DNA of 63,626 bases, filler included, from Choristocarpus tenellus KU-1152 (taxonomy: Eukaryota > Protista > Phaeophyceae), in assembly GCA_964200185.2 (NCBI GenBank). It is 11 parts of 11 records of this genome, joined end to end, with 100 filler letters (N's around TTAATTAATTAA, not from the genome) between each part and the next. Parts side by side here need not be neighbours in the genome. Positions count along the whole stretch, not along the records: positions 60,613 to 63,626 come from CAXNAD020022929.1; 10 more parts are not named here. One strand, written 5' to 3'. The position numbers were made by a program, and so were the translations under genes. The notes under the pieces were generated by a model, which did no database searches, was not told where the DNA came from, and saw only the letters and a list, made by a program, of their open reading frames with translations. Below, in pieces: positions 62,697-63,626 of the stretch (positions are counted from its first letter, which is position 1; each line of letters begins with the position of its first letter).

Positions 62697-63626
62697 CTGA
62701 CAGATACAGTCGATGACAAACCATTCACAACAACAAATCAATCACATGTTCAGCAATGTGTTCGGTTCTGTCAATAGAATCAAGCACACGACTGCCATCC
62801 TTACAACCCTCTTCGATAACAATAACATCAAAAGATGTTGCCAATTTTACAGCAATTCGTTAACACATTGTCAAAAAAAAAACACAGTCAGCATTTCAAA
62901 AGACCAAGGTAACACCTCACATCCCATTCTACACAAAAGAAGTGACTCTTATTTACCGCTTGACGTTACTATGTAAAAGTACAACCCATGCACACACACA
63001 GTACAAGTCGCATAAAGATCCAAGTCACCATCAGTCACCATCAATCAATCCATCAGAAAAGGAAAGATCCATTCTTTTCCCCCTCAGCACACACCTCATT
63101 GACATCTACAGAGAGAGATCGATACGCACTAACTCCAATTGTAGATTTGTATCTATCATTGCACTACACAACTCCCATCCCAGTACATGTACAAAACCTA
63201 AATAAATCACTAAATTAACCAACAGTACAAGGAGCCGTCCCTACACATCACCTTCCGGAACGCACTACACATTCCCCACCTCACATAAAACAACATAATC
63301 AGTACTCCCCACAAATTTCACCATCAAACAAAAACAACACGCCTTACCACACATCATGAAACCCAAACGCTGTCTGTGAGTACATACCCTAACCCTAACC
63401 CGAACAGAAATTTCCATTCAGTACCTACACGAAAAACGGCTATTGGTGGAGTGGATTGACACTACACATACACCCCCAAAGAGTACAATATATTGTTACA
63501 TATATAAAGATACACCTTATTTTTGTCTCAATCATAATGTACCACCAACCAACCCCTAACCCCAACTCCTGCTTAAACCAACACACTATTCTACACAACC
63601 CCCCCAAAAAACCTAAAACTTTATTA

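Overview
This is eukaryotic nuclear DNA, not a prokaryotic window. It consists of 11 short contigs joined by ten artificial 100-bp linkers (44 N + TTAATTAATTAA + 44 N), so adjacency across linkers is probably not biological. Intron-rich genes, a thylakoid-lumen-type cyclophilin and scattered TTAGGG motifs suggest a photosynthetic stramenopile such as a brown alga (inference). Genes or gene fragments reconstructed by hand from splice sites: the 5' part of a four-domain voltage-gated Ca2+-type channel (6 exons, one probable GC-AG intron), a 5-exon divergent lumenal cyclophilin, a METTL21-like methyltransferase, a SAP-domain protein, single exons of a gelsolin/villin-family gene and an SLC35B2/PAPS-transporter-like gene, and a small intronless FCS zinc-finger ORF. 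Most of the remainder is transposon debris: Copia remnants, plant-type mariner pseudogenes and a ~1.6-2.1 kb TIR element present in two copies. The most striking structure is a pair of abundant MITE families. Their interiors are unrelated, but they share G-N4-AAAGTATCT termini, an inward CCAAATGGAC motif at both ends and 3-bp target duplications with no visible sequence preference, confirmed by an empty-site comparison inside this window. That combination does not neatly match the textbook superfamily signatures I know. A 72-bp rpoC-like fragment sits at one contig edge. All family assignments come from motif recognition by eye; no database search was run.
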